In this document: in pieces, positions 44,336 to 54,420 of the stretch
How positions within the stretch are numbered: position 1 is the stretch's first letter
How the letters are laid out: each line of letters starts with the position of its first letter
Assembly: GCA_047601245.1 (NCBI GenBank)
Contig: JASGJU010000002.1
Span: 334,957 to 398,956, forward strand
DNA from: Pseudoxanthomonas sp.
Lineage (GTDB): Bacteria > Pseudomonadota > Gammaproteobacteria > Xanthomonadales > Xanthomonadaceae
Length of the DNA stretch: 64,000 bases
Reading direction: 5' to 3'
Translations under genes and position numbers: made by a program
The notes under the pieces: generated by a model
What the model was told of the DNA's origin: nothing
The model's input: the letters and a program-made list of their open reading frames with translations, nothing else
Database searches by the model: none

Positions 44336-44758
44336 ATGCGCATCCGCGACAGGCAAGCGCACGACGAGCCGGAAGTCAGCCTGGTGCCGCTGATCGACGT
44401 GGTGCTGGTGCTGATCATCTTCTTCGTCGTCACCACCACCTTCGACGCGCGTTCCACCCTGCAACTGCAACTGCCCAGCGCCGAGGGCGAGCCGGCGCAG
44501 GCCCAGGCCAAGCGGCTGAACGTGCTGATCAACGCGGAAGGGCGCTATTTCGTCGGCGAGAGCGAAGTGCTGCGCACCGACATCGACGCACTGAAGCAGG
44601 CCATCCGCGAGGCCAGCGGCGGCGACATCCAACAGCCGGTGCTGCTGCGCGCCGACGCGCGGGTGCCGTACCAGGCGGTGGTGACCGCGCAGGACGCGCT
44701 GGGGCAACTGGGCTTCCGCAAGCTGATCGTCGCCACCGCGCCGGAGCCGAAGCGGTGA
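44336..44758 (+). CDS. exbD: ExbD/TolR family protein
   Basis: LVPLIDVVLVLIIFFVV, LRADARV. Confidence 0.88.
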   Translation: MRIRDRQAHDEPEVSLVPLIDVVLVLIIFFVVTTTFDARSTLQLQLPSAEGEPAQAQAKRLNVLINAEGRYFVGESEVLRTDIDALKQAIREASGGDIQQPVLLRADARVPYQAVVTAQDALGQLGFRKLIVATAPEPKR

Positions 44759-46524
44759 GCGGCGCGGCGGGGAAAACGGGCGCGGGCGCATCGTCCTGGC
44801 AGATCTACCGGCGGCTGCTGGGTTTCGCCAAGCCCTATCGCGGTTTGTTGCTGCTGGCCTTCGTCAGCGCCCTGGTCGAAGCCGGCGCGGGCAGCGCCTT
44901 CCTGGCCCTGATGAAGCCGGTCACCGACCAGACCTTCATCGCCCATAACGCCGAGATCGCCTTGTGGATGCCGTTCGCGATCGTCGGCGTGTTCCTGGTG
45001 CGTGGGATTTCCGGCTACGCCACCGACATGAGCATGGGCAAGGCCGCACGCAGCATCGCCCGCGACTTCCGCGTCAACGTGCTGGCCAAGTACCTGCGCC
45101 TGCCCGGGTTGCGCTTCGATTCCGAGCCGGTGCCGTCGATGCTGGTGCGATTGGGATCCGACAGCGACCAGGTCGCGCAGGCAGCGGTCGACGCGATGAA
45201 GGTGATGGTGCAGCAGTCGCTGCAGGTGATCGGCGCGCTGGCGCTGATGCTGTGGCATAGCTGGCTGGTCACGCTGACCATCCTGGTGTTGGCGCCGCCG
45301 CTGGCGTGGGTGATGAACAAGGTCGCCAGGCGTTACCGCCGCATCGGCCACCGCATCCAGGAAAGCGGCGCGGAGCTGCTGCAGGCCGCCGACCAGGCGC
45401 TTTCCAACCAGCAGGAAGTCAAGGTCTACGGCGCGCAGGCGTCCGAGCAGGCGCGTTACCACGCGCTGGCCGACCGCAACCTGGGCCTGGCGATGAAGGT
45501 CGAGTCGACGCGCGGCATCTCCTCGGCGATGGTGCAGATGGTCGGCGCGGTGGGACTGGCCGCGCTGCTGCTGGTGGCCGGCCACGAGGCGATGCGCGGC
45601 CGGCTGACCGCCGGTGATTTCGTCGTGCTGATGACCGCGATGATGGCGGTGATCCCGGCGCTGAAGAACCTGACCAACGTGCAGAACATGCTGCAGCGGG
45701 GCGTGGTTTCGGCCGACCGCCTGTTCTCCGTGCTGGATGCGCCGGACGAGGCCGACCTCGGCGCCCGCCCGCTGCGGCGCGCGCGGGGCCTGCTGGAATT
45801 CGACCATGTCGGCGCCCGTTATCCGGGCGCGACCAAGGACGCGCTGGAAGACGTCAGCTTCGTCGCCCGCCCGGGCACGGTGACCGCCATCGTCGGCCGT
45901 TCCGGCAGCGGCAAGTCGACCCTGGTCAAGCTGATCCCTCGTTTCTACGAGGCGGCCAGCGGCAGCATCAAGCTGGACGGCCATCCGCTGCAGGAATATC
46001 CGCTGGCCGACCTGCGCCGGCAGATCGCGCTGGTCGGGCAGCAGGTGATGCTGTTCGACGGCAGCATCGCCGCCAACGTCGCCTACGGCGAGCTGGCCGG
46101 AGCCACGCCGGAACAACTGGAACGCGCCGTGTGCGGCGCCAACGCGATGGAATTCGTCGAACAGCTCCCGGACAAGCTGGACGCGCAGATCGGCAGCAAG
46201 GGCGGCAGGCTGTCCGGCGGCCAGCGCCAGCGCATCGCGATCGCCCGCGCGATGCTGAAGGACGCGCCGATCCTGATCCTGGACGAAGCCACCGCCGCGC
46301 TGGACAACGAATCCGAACGGCTGGTGCAGAACGCCTTGCAGAAGCTGATGCCCGACCGCACCACCCTGGTCATCGCGCACCGGCTTTCCACCATCGAACA
46401 CGCCGACCAGGTGCTGGTGCTGGACAAGGGCCGGCTGGTGGAGCAGGGCACGCATGCCGAACTGCTGGCGCACGACGGCCTATACGCGCACCTGTACCGC
46501 ATGCAGTTCCGCGAGGCCGAGTGA
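44755..46524 (+). CDS. msbA: Lipid A export ABC transporter
   Basis: TMD plus NBD ([27 protein letters not shown]); directly upstream of lpxK. Confidence 0.95.
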   Translation: MSGAAGKTGAGASSWQIYRRLLGFAKPYRGLLLLAFVSALVEAGAGSAFLALMKPVTDQTFIAHNAEIALWMPFAIVGVFLVRGISGYATDMSMGKAARSIARDFRVNVLAKYLRLPGLRFDSEPVPSMLVRLGSDSDQVAQAAVDAMKVMVQQSLQVIGALALMLWHSWLVTLTILVLAPPLAWVMNKVARRYRRIGHRIQESGAELLQAADQALSNQQEVKVYGAQASEQARYHALADRNLGLAMKVESTRGISSAMVQMVGAVGLAALLLVAGHEAMRGRLTAGDFVVLMTAMMAVIPALKNLTNVQNMLQRGVVSADRLFSVLDAPDEADLGARPLRRARGLLEFDHVGARYPGATKDALEDVSFVARPGTVTAIVGRSGSGKSTLVKLIPRFYEAASGSIKLDGHPLQEYPLADLRRQIALVGQQVMLFDGSIAANVAYGELAGATPEQLERAVCGANAMEFVEQLPDKLDAQIGSKGGRLSGGQRQRIAIARAMLKDAPILILDEATAALDNESERLVQNALQKLMPDRTTLVIAHRLSTIEHADQVLVLDKGRLVEQGTHAELLAHDGLYAHLYRMQFREAE

Positions 46525-47558
46525 GCAACAGGCAGCCGCAAACTCCCGATTACTGGTTCGGCGAGGCGCCGGTTCCGCTGCACGCGCGCCTGCTGGCCGG
46601 CCTGTACGGGCGGGCCACCGCGCTGAGGCGCGGTTTGTTCGCCCGGGGCGCGTTCAAGCGCCGGCGCGTCGACGTGCCGGTGGTCGTGGTCGGCAACCTG
46701 ACCGTCGGCGGCACCGGCAAGACGCCGCTGACCATCGCCATCGTGCAGCGTTTGCGCGAGGCCGGCTGGAACCCGGGCGTCGCCAGCCGCGGCTACGGCC
46801 GCAGCGACGAGCGTGGCGCGCTGTGGGTCGAGAAGGGCACGGCGCCGGCCTACGGCGGCGATGAGCCGGTGCTGATCGCGGCCCGCACCGGCGCGCCGGT
46901 GCGCGTGGACCGGGATCGCGTCGCCGCTGCGCGCGAACTGGCCGAGGCCGGCTGCGACGTGGTCGTCTGCGACGACGGCCTGCAGCACTACCGGCTGTGG
47001 CGCGACGTGGAGATCGAGGTCATCGACGGCCGCCGTCGCTACGGCAACAACTGCCTGCTGCCGGCCGGGCCATTGCGCGAGCCGGTCGAGCGCGGCGCGC
47101 GCTGCGACTTCCGCGTGGTCAACCTGGGCATGGCGGACGACGAGGCCGGCGGCGAGGCTGGGTTCGGCGAATGGCCGATGCGCTTGCTCGCCGGCAGCGC
47201 GCAACCGCTGCTCGGCGGCCGCGCGGTGCCGCTGGAGCGTTTCCGCGGGCACCGCGTGCATGCGGTCGCCGGTATCGGCAACCCGCAGCGTTTCTTCGAC
47301 ATGCTGCGCGGCTACGGCATCGGCGTGGTGCCGCACGCCTTCGCCGACCACCATCGCTATGCGGCGCAGGATTTCGCCTTCGGCAGCGAACTGCCGGTGC
47401 TGATGACCGAAAAGGACGCGGTGAAGTGCATGGCCTTCGCCGGCGAATGGCATTACAGCGTACCGGTCGATGCGCAGTTGCCGGAGGCGTTCTGGGCGGG
47501 GTTGCTGGACAAGGCGGCGAAGGCGAAGGCGGAAATCGTTTCGCGCCGGAACGCTTGA
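46521..47558 (+). CDS. lpxK: Tetraacyldisaccharide 4'-kinase
   Basis: [35 protein letters not shown]. Confidence 0.96.
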   Translation: MSNRQPQTPDYWFGEAPVPLHARLLAGLYGRATALRRGLFARGAFKRRRVDVPVVVVGNLTVGGTGKTPLTIAIVQRLREAGWNPGVASRGYGRSDERGALWVEKGTAPAYGGDEPVLIAARTGAPVRVDRDRVAAARELAEAGCDVVVCDDGLQHYRLWRDVEIEVIDGRRRYGNNCLLPAGPLREPVERGARCDFRVVNLGMADDEAGGEAGFGEWPMRLLAGSAQPLLGGRAVPLERFRGHRVHAVAGIGNPQRFFDMLRGYGIGVVPHAFADHHRYAAQDFAFGSELPVLMTEKDAVKCMAFAGEWHYSVPVDAQLPEAFWAGLLDKAAKAKAEIVSRRNA

Positions 47559-47565
47559 AGCCGCT

Positions 47566-47610
47566 ATTCCCGCCTTCGCGGGATTGACGGGCAAAAGCGG
47601 TTACGCTTTT
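47566..47610 (-). repeat. Solo CGTC-type REP plus 15-bp accessory hairpin
   Basis: ATTCCCGC-CTTC-GCGGGATT-GACG then AAAAGCG-GTTA-CGCTTTT; 39/44 identical to 16065-16108. Confidence 0.85.
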
Positions 47611-47630
47611 GCCGATTCCCGAACCGCGCC

Positions 47631-48420
47631 ATGCCCATGACCGATTTCATCGTCGCCATCCCCGCCCGCCACGCCTCCACGCGCCTGCCCGGCAAGCCGC
47701 TGGCGCCGCTGGGCGGAAGGCCGCTGGTGCGGCACGTGGCCGAGCGCGCACTGGCCGCCGGCGCGCGCGAGGTCTGGATCGCCACCGACGATGCGCGCAT
47801 CGCCGATGCGCTGGCCGGCATCGACGGGGTGCAGGTGGCGATGACCGCATCGACCCACCTGTCCGGCAGCGATCGGCTGGCCGAATGCGCGGCCATCGCC
47901 GGCTGGGGCGACGACCAAGTGGTGGTGAACCTGCAGGGCGACGAGCCGTTCGCGCCGGCCGAAGGCATCCGCAAGGTCGCCGAAACCCTGATCGAGAGCG
48001 GCGCGGAGATGGCCACGCTGGCGACCGAAATCCTCGACCCGGAACAACTGTTCGACCCGAACGCAGTCAAGCTGGTGCGCGCCGCCAACGGCGATGCGCT
48101 GTACTTCAGCCGCGCGCCGATCCCGTGGCATCGCGACTCCTTTGCGCAGATCGGCACTGATAAAGACCGGCGCGTATTGATGCCGGGCATGTGCCTGCGC
48201 CACATCGGCATCTACGCCTATCGCGCCGGTTTCCTGCGCCGGTTCGCGGCGATGCCGCCGGGCCTGCTGGAGCAGATCGAATCGCTGGAGCAGTTGCGCG
48301 CGCTGGAAGCCGGCTTCCGCATCGCGGTGGCGCCGACTCCGGTCGAATTCCCGCCCGGCGTGGACACGCCCGAGGCGCCTGGCCCGCGCCGAAGCCTGGC
48401 TGAAGGAGCGCGGCCAGTGA
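47631..48420 (+). CDS. kdsB: 3-deoxy-manno-octulosonate cytidylyltransferase, with an apparent +1 frameshift near 48378 that fuses it to the next gene
   Basis: [42 protein letters not shown]. Removing one C gives ...[16 protein letters not shown] with TGA at 48418-48420. Confidence 0.92.
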
Positions 48421-48944
48421 AGCTGCTGGTCGTGTGCCTGGGCAACATCTGCCGCTCGCCGATGGCCGAGGGCGCATTGCGCGCGCGGCTGGACGAAGCC
48501 GGGCTGTCGTGGGTGCGGACCGATTCGGCCGGCACCGGCGGTTGGCATGCTGGCGAACCGCCGGATCGCCGCGCGATCGCCTGCGCGCGCGGCCACGGCG
48601 TCGACATCGCCGGCCTGCGCGCGCGGCAGTTGCAGGCGGCGGACTTCCACGAATTCGACTGGCTGCTGGCCGCCGACGCGCAGAACCTGCGCGACCTGCG
48701 CCGCATCGCCCCGGACGGCCTGGCCGAACGGGTGCAACTGCTGCTGGACTGGAGCGGAACCCGGCCCGCCGGCGAGGTCCCCGACCCGTACTACGGCGGC
48801 CACGACGATTTCGAGCGCGTCTGGCGGCTGGTGGATACCGCTGCGCTAGGGTGTGTCATCCGCTGCCAAACAGGTCGCGCGCAGGAGCGGCCCTTCGGGT
48901 TGGGCCTGGATGGCCGCCAGTCGGCGCCGCATGGCTTGACCTGA
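48417..48944 (+). CDS. Low-molecular-weight protein-tyrosine phosphatase; C-terminus encoded by the hairpin element
   Basis: [14 protein letters not shown]-loop, DSAGT, VPDPYYG; GTGA overlap with the kdsB stop. Confidence 0.9.
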   Translation: MKLLVVCLGNICRSPMAEGALRARLDEAGLSWVRTDSAGTGGWHAGEPPDRRAIACARGHGVDIAGLRARQLQAADFHEFDWLLAADAQNLRDLRRIAPDGLAERVQLLLDWSGTRPAGEVPDPYYGGHDDFERVWRLVDTAALGCVIRCQTGRAQERPFGLGLDGRQSAPHGLT

Positions 48945-49030
48945 CCACCAGTCAGGCGCTACGCCGTGCAGCACCGACTGGCGGCCATCCAGACCCAACG
49001 CGGCCTGTTTGGTAGCGGATGACACACCCT
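48848..49030. mobile_element. 183-bp long-hairpin MITE-like element
   Basis: The terminal 32 bp match the reverse complement of the other end at 30/32; a second stem of about 37 bp follows a one-sided bulge; CTAG at the left junction. Confidence 0.7.
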
Positions 49031-49080
49031 TGTGGCGGCCCGGCTCTGTGCAAGGAGCGACGGTTCGGCATAATCGCCGG

Positions 49081-50511
49081 ATGGATACCCCGGCGACCCT
49101 GCCCGAACTGCCCGACAGCCTCGAGTGGCTGAACTGCGCCAACGGCTCGCTGCGCGAACAGCGCGGCCGGGTGGTCGCGCTGGCCTTCGTCAACGCCGCT
49201 TCGGTCTGGTGCCGGCAGCGGCTGGTCGAACTGGCGCAGTGGCAGGCGCGTTTCGGCGGCCGCCTGCAGGCCATCGCGGTCCATGTGCCGCGCTTCGATT
49301 GCGAACGCGATCCGGCCTTCGTCCGCAAGCAGATGCGCCGCAACGGCGTGACCCTGCCGGTGGCGCTGGATCGCGACTGGATCGCATGGCAGCAATTCGG
49401 CCTGCGTTCGTGGCCGACCGTGCTGCTGATCGACGCCGAAGGCCGCCTGCAGGCCGAGGCGGTGGGCCAGGACGGCCTGGCCGAACTGGAAAGGATCGCC
49501 GCATCGCTGTGCGACGCCCTGCCGCCGCCGCACGAGGACGACGTGCGCGGCCAGCCGGAAACCCATCCCGAACCGCGCCTGCCGCTGCGTTTCCCGGTCG
49601 GGCTGGCGGTCGGCGCGGATCGCCTGTTCGTCGCCGACAGCAGCCACCATCGCGTGCTGGAATGCACGCTGGAAGGCCGCGTGCTGCGTCGTTTCGGCAT
49701 GGGTACGGCCGATTTCGTCGACGGCGACGGCGAACTGGCCGCGTTCCGCCATCCCAACGGGCTGGCGCTGGGGCGCGAGTCGCTGTACGTCGCCGACCTC
49801 GGCAACCACGCCCTGCGCCGGATCAGCCTGCGCACCGGCCAGGTCGACACGCTGTGCGGCAACGGCCGCCCCGGCGAGACGGTCGAAGGCGAAGTGCGTT
49901 CGCCGCGCGACGTCGCGCTGAGCCAGCCGACCGCGCTGATCGCCACCGACCGCGAACTGCTGCTGGCACAGGCCGGCGACAACCGTATCTGGCGCTACGA
50001 CTTGGCCGGATGCGGGCTGTCGGTGTTGGCCGGTTCGGGCCAACTGGACCTGCGCGACGGCGCCGGGGCGATGGCGGCGTTCGCGCAACCGGTGGGATTG
50101 GCGGCGGTGCAGCAGGTGCTGTACGTCTGCGACGCGCTGGGTTCGGCGGTACGCTCGCTGCAACTGCGCAGCGGCCTGGTGCAGACGCTGGTCGGGCAGG
50201 GCGTGTGGGAATGCGGCAACGCCGACGGCCCGCGCGAGCAGGCGCGGTTGCAGTATCCGCAGGCCATCGCGCTGTCGGCGGACGCGCCGGTGCTGTGGAT
50301 CGCCGACGCCGGCAACGGCTGCCTGCGCACATTGCGCCTGGGCGGCGGAGTGCTGTCCACGGTCAAGTTGCCGCGGCCGCTGGATGGCCCGGCGGGGCTG
50401 GCGGTCTCGCCCGGCGGCAAGGTCTGGATCGCCGAGACGAATGCGCACCAGATCCTGCGTTTCGACCCGGCGACAGGCGAACTGGCCAGGGTGCCGGTGG
50501 ACGAGGCGTAA
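49081..50511 (+). CDS. Thioredoxin-like plus NHL-repeat protein
   Basis: Redoxin fold (WLN, VHVPRF, WPTVLLIDAEG) followed by repeated NHL-like units (FRHPNGLA, ADLGNHALRRI, LQYPQAI). Confidence 0.85.
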   Translation: MDTPATLPELPDSLEWLNCANGSLREQRGRVVALAFVNAASVWCRQRLVELAQWQARFGGRLQAIAVHVPRFDCERDPAFVRKQMRRNGVTLPVALDRDWIAWQQFGLRSWPTVLLIDAEGRLQAEAVGQDGLAELERIAASLCDALPPPHEDDVRGQPETHPEPRLPLRFPVGLAVGADRLFVADSSHHRVLECTLEGRVLRRFGMGTADFVDGDGELAAFRHPNGLALGRESLYVADLGNHALRRISLRTGQVDTLCGNGRPGETVEGEVRSPRDVALSQPTALIATDRELLLAQAGDNRIWRYDLAGCGLSVLAGSGQLDLRDGAGAMAAFAQPVGLAAVQQVLYVCDALGSAVRSLQLRSGLVQTLVGQGVWECGNADGPREQARLQYPQAIALSADAPVLWIADAGNGCLRTLRLGGGVLSTVKLPRPLDGPAGLAVSPGGKVWIAETNAHQILRFDPATGELARVPVDEA

Positions 50512-50563
50512 TCGACGCGCGCGGCAATCCCGCCCGCTTTCGCGGGTCGGATGCATGGAAAAA

Positions 50564-50637
50564 TGGAGGCCTGGGTCGGAATTGAACCGGCGTACGCGGA
50601 TTTGCAGTCCGCTGCATGACCACTCTGCCACCAGGCC
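50564..50637 (-). tRNA. tRNA-Cys(GCA)
   Basis: 74 nt, GGCCTGG acceptor, GCGGA-ctGCAaa-TCCGC anticodon arm, CCA end. Confidence 0.97.
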
Positions 50638-50705
50638 GGTGACCTTCGCCGAGACTGGCGCAAAGCGCGCCGCTTTTCAAGCAGCCGTGCGCCGCGGCGA
50701 CGCAT

Positions 50706-50730
50706 AAAACAAAACCCCGTTGCCGGGGTT
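50706..50730 (-). terminator. Intrinsic terminator between tRNA-Gly and tRNA-Cys
   Basis: Minus strand AACCCCG-GCAA-CGGGGTT-TTGTTTT. Confidence 0.65.
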
Positions 50731-50769
50731 CGTCTGCGCTTCGCCGGCGGGCCGGACGAAGCTGAAAAC

Positions 50770-51489
<720 letters not shown>

Positions 51490-51496
51490 CGCGGGT

Positions 51497-53356
51497 TCAT
51501 TCGGTTCCGGTCGTGGGGGAAGCGCCGGAAGACGCCAACCCGTGCAGGTTAGCGTAGATTCGCTCGGCTAGCGCGGCGTTGATGCCTTCGACCCGCGCGA
51601 TTTCCTCGGCGCCGGCGGCCTTCAACCCGGCCAGTCCGCCGAAATGCTTGAGCAGGCTGGCCCTGCGGCGCGGACCGATGCCGGCGATGTCCTCCAGCTT
51701 GCTGGTGGTGCGCGCCTTCTGCCGCCGGCCGCGATGGCCGGTGATCGCGAAGCGGTGCGCTTCGTCGCGCACCTGCTGGATCAGTTGCAGCGCCGGCGAC
51801 GACGCGCCGGGCCGCAGTTCGCGCCCGTCGGGCAGCACCAGGGTTTCGTGGCCGGGACGACGCTCCTCGCCCTTGGCCACGCCGACCAGCGTGACCCCGG
51901 ACACGCCGAGTTCGGCCAGCGCCTCCTGCGCCTGCGCCAGTTGCCCACCGCCGCCGTCGATCAGCAGCACGTCGGGAAGCACGCCGCCCTCATCCACTGC
52001 GCGGCGGAAACGGCGATCGATCGCCTGCCGCATCGCCGCGTAGTCGTCGCCCGGCTCGATGCCGGCGATGTTGTAGCGGCGATACTGCGCGCGCACCGGG
52101 CCGGCGGCGTCGAACACCACGCAACTGGCGACGGTCGCCTCACCCATCGTGTGGCTGATGTCGAAGCATTCGATGCGCCGGGCCGGTTCGGACAGGCCCA
52201 GCATCTCGCGCAACGCCTCGCTGCGCGCCTGCTGCGCGTTGCGGCTGGTCAGTTCGGTCGCCAGCGTGACCTCGGCGTTGCGGCGCGCCAGGTCGAGATA
52301 GCCGGCGCGTTCGCTGCGCACGTTCCACTTCAGTTGCACCTTGCGGCCCGCGGCCGCGGCCAGCGCGCTTTCGATCAGCGCGGCGTCGGGGATCTCGCGG
52401 TCCAGCACGATCTCCTGCGGCGGCGTCTGTTCGGCGTAGTACTGCGACACGAACGCGGCCAGCACTTCCTCCGCGCTGTCCTCGCCGTTGGTCTTCGGGA
52501 AGAACGCGCGCGTGCCCAGGTTGCGGCCGTCGCGGAACGCCAGCAGCAGCACGCAGGCGGCGCTGCCCTGCATCGCGCAGGCCAGCACGTCGAGGTCGGC
52601 GGCGTGGCCGTCGACGTATTGCCGCGCCTGCAGGCTGCGGATCGAGGCGACCAGGTCGCGCAGGCGCGCGGCCTGCTCGAATTCGAGGCGCTCGCTGGCC
52701 TGCTCCATCTGCGCGGTCAGTTCGCCGGTCAGCTCGTCGCTGCGGCCGTCCAGCATCAATACTGCCCGCCGCACCGACTCGGCGTATTCGGCCTCGTCGA
52801 CCAGGCCCACGCACGGCGCGGTGCAGCGGCCGATCTGGTACTGCAGGCACGGCCGCGTGCGGTTGCGGAACACGCTGTCCTCGCAATTCCTGATCTTGAA
52901 CAGCTTCTGCATCAGGTTCAGCGTCTCGCGCACCGCGGTCACGCCGGGATACGGGCCGAAGTAGCGCCCGGGCACCGCGCGCGGGCCGCGGTGCAGGGCG
53001 ATGCGCGGCCATTGCTCGCCGGTCAGCAGCACGTAGGGATAGCTCTTGTCGTCGCGCAGCAGCACGTTGTAGCGCGGCGCCAGCGACTTGATGAGCTGGT
53101 TCTCCAGCAGCAGCGCCTCGGCCTCGGTGCGGGTGACGGTGACTTCCATCCGCGCCACCTGCGCCAGCATCGACAGCGTGCGCGGCGACTTGGGCGAGGA
53201 ATTGAAGTAGCTGGCGACCCGCTTCTTCAGCGCGCCGGCCTTGCCGACGTAGAGCAGGGCGTCGTCGGCCGCGTACATGCGGTACACCCCGGGCGCGGTG
53301 CTCAATTCCGCGGCGAAGGCCTTGCCGTCGAAGGCTGGGGTGGCGGTGCGGGTCAT
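51497..53356 (-). CDS. uvrC: Excinuclease ABC subunit C
   Basis: PGVYRM..LYVGKA, NVLLRDDKSYPY, IECFDISH, VRDEAHRFAI, HhH GIGPRRR. Confidence 0.98.
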   Translation of the reverse strand: MTRTATPAFDGKAFAAELSTAPGVYRMYAADDALLYVGKAGALKKRVASYFNSSPKSPRTLSMLAQVARMEVTVTRTEAEALLLENQLIKSLAPRYNVLLRDDKSYPYVLLTGEQWPRIALHRGPRAVPGRYFGPYPGVTAVRETLNLMQKLFKIRNCEDSVFRNRTRPCLQYQIGRCTAPCVGLVDEAEYAESVRRAVLMLDGRSDELTGELTAQMEQASERLEFEQAARLRDLVASIRSLQARQYVDGHAADLDVLACAMQGSAACVLLLAFRDGRNLGTRAFFPKTNGEDSAEEVLAAFVSQYYAEQTPPQEIVLDREIPDAALIESALAAAAGRKVQLKWNVRSERAGYLDLARRNAEVTLATELTSRNAQQARSEALREMLGLSEPARRIECFDISHTMGEATVASCVVFDAAGPVRAQYRRYNIAGIEPGDDYAAMRQAIDRRFRRAVDEGGVLPDVLLIDGGGGQLAQAQEALAELGVSGVTLVGVAKGEERRPGHETLVLPDGRELRPGASSPALQLIQQVRDEAHRFAITGHRGRRQKARTTSKLEDIAGIGPRRRASLLKHFGGLAGLKAAGAEEIARVEGINAALAERIYANLHGLASSGASPTTGTE

Positions 53357-53386
53357 CCCGGGATTTTACCCGCGCGCTTTTGGCCT

Positions 53387-53548
53387 AGAGCGTGTTATGC
53401 CCTTTTGGGCACATTCCCGCACTTTCGTGCCGCCGCGATGCGGCGTTGCGGGCCTTGCCAAGGCGGCCAGCCTTGCCGGCGGCCCGCGCCTTGCCTCGCA
53501 ACGGCACGAAAGCGCGGATAACGCACTCAAAAGTGCATAACACGCTCT
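53387..53548. mobile_element. 162-bp long-hairpin MITE-like element
   Basis: Perfect 14-bp terminal inverted repeat AGAGCGTGTTATGC/GCATAACACGCTCT extended by an imperfect stem of about 60 bp; CTAG at the left junction. Confidence 0.7.
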
Positions 53549-53563
53549 GGCTGCGGAAGCCGT

Positions 53564-54205
53564 TTATTTCCTGGTCGTCTTGGCGTTGTCGCCGTGCAGG
53601 CTGAGCAGGGAATCCATCAACTGCTCGTCGGCGCTGGAGCACACAGCCAGCAGCAGCGCCTCGTCGCAGCCCTGGGCGGTGATGTAGGCGTGGCCCATGT
53701 TCGAGTCGATGTACACGCCTTCGCCGGTCTCGAGCACGATCGGGTCGTAGAACTCGGTGTGCACCTCGATCGCGCCTTCGAGCACGTGGATGTACTCCTC
53801 GCCGGAGTGGTGGACCAGGTCGCCGAACGCCTTCAGGTTCTTTGCGCGCACGCGGGTGATCAATGGGATCATGCGCTTGCGGCGCAGTTCCGGGCACAGG
53901 TAGAAATAGTCGTAGTTCGGCGTGGTCACGCGCACCGCGTCGTCGAGCCTGCCGATGCTGCGACGGGCGGTGACCGGCGGCTCGTTGGCGGCGTCCGGCT
54001 CGGCGAACAGTTCCGACATGCGGATGTTCAGGCGCTGGCTGATCTGCAGCAGCTTGTCGTAGGTCAGGCTCAGGCGGTCGTGCTCGACCTTGGACAGCGT
54101 GGACAGCGGGATGCCGCAACGTTCGCTCATTTCCTTGAGCGTCCAGTCGTTGCGGGTGCGCAGCGCGCGCAGCAGGTTGCCGATGGTCGGGTGTTGCGAG
54201 GTCAT
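53564..54205 (-). CDS. XRE-family HTH plus cupin transcriptional regulator
   Basis: WTLKEMSERCGIPLSTLSKVEH HTH; cupin HSGEEYIHVLEG...DSNMGHAY; divergent from the catabolic cluster. Confidence 0.92.
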   Translation of the reverse strand: MTSQHPTIGNLLRALRTRNDWTLKEMSERCGIPLSTLSKVEHDRLSLTYDKLLQISQRLNIRMSELFAEPDAANEPPVTARRSIGRLDDAVRVTTPNYDYFYLCPELRRKRMIPLITRVRAKNLKAFGDLVHHSGEEYIHVLEGAIEVHTEFYDPIVLETGEGVYIDSNMGHAYITAQGCDEALLLAVCSSADEQLMDSLLSLHGDNAKTTRK

Positions 54206-54296
54206 TCGCCCGGAGCTCCTTTCAGACGGTCGGCGGGGTCGATGGCCCCGTCCATGCACCATGTTCGCCTGAATCCGGCAGGCATGACCATAGTGG

Positions 54297-54326
54297 GTTG
54301 ACAATTTTCCGATTAGGACGATTATT
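54297..54326 (+). promoter_or_regulatory. Promoter and candidate operator of the hydrolase operon
   Basis: TTGACA at 54298-54303 abutting TTCCGATTAGGA; 19/22 identical to 60516-60537. Confidence 0.65.
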
Positions 54327-54420
54327 GCACGGACAGGCTTGTTCAGGCCTGCTGGGCGTGGCAAGGCTGATGCGGCACCGGTCGCACGCCCGGGAACCCA
54401 ATCAACCAGGAGACTAGCCG

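Noticed and set aside
48848-49030. 6S RNA (similar length, long hairpin)
   Set aside because: The stem is too perfect, the bulge is one-sided rather than a central bubble, it interrupts a CDS, and a related-ended element occurs at 53387.
50527-50553. CCCGC-TTTC-GCGGG hairpin as another REP copy
   Set aside because: Only the core matches and there is no CGTC/GACG tag; more simply a terminator between the convergent NHL gene and tRNA-Cys.
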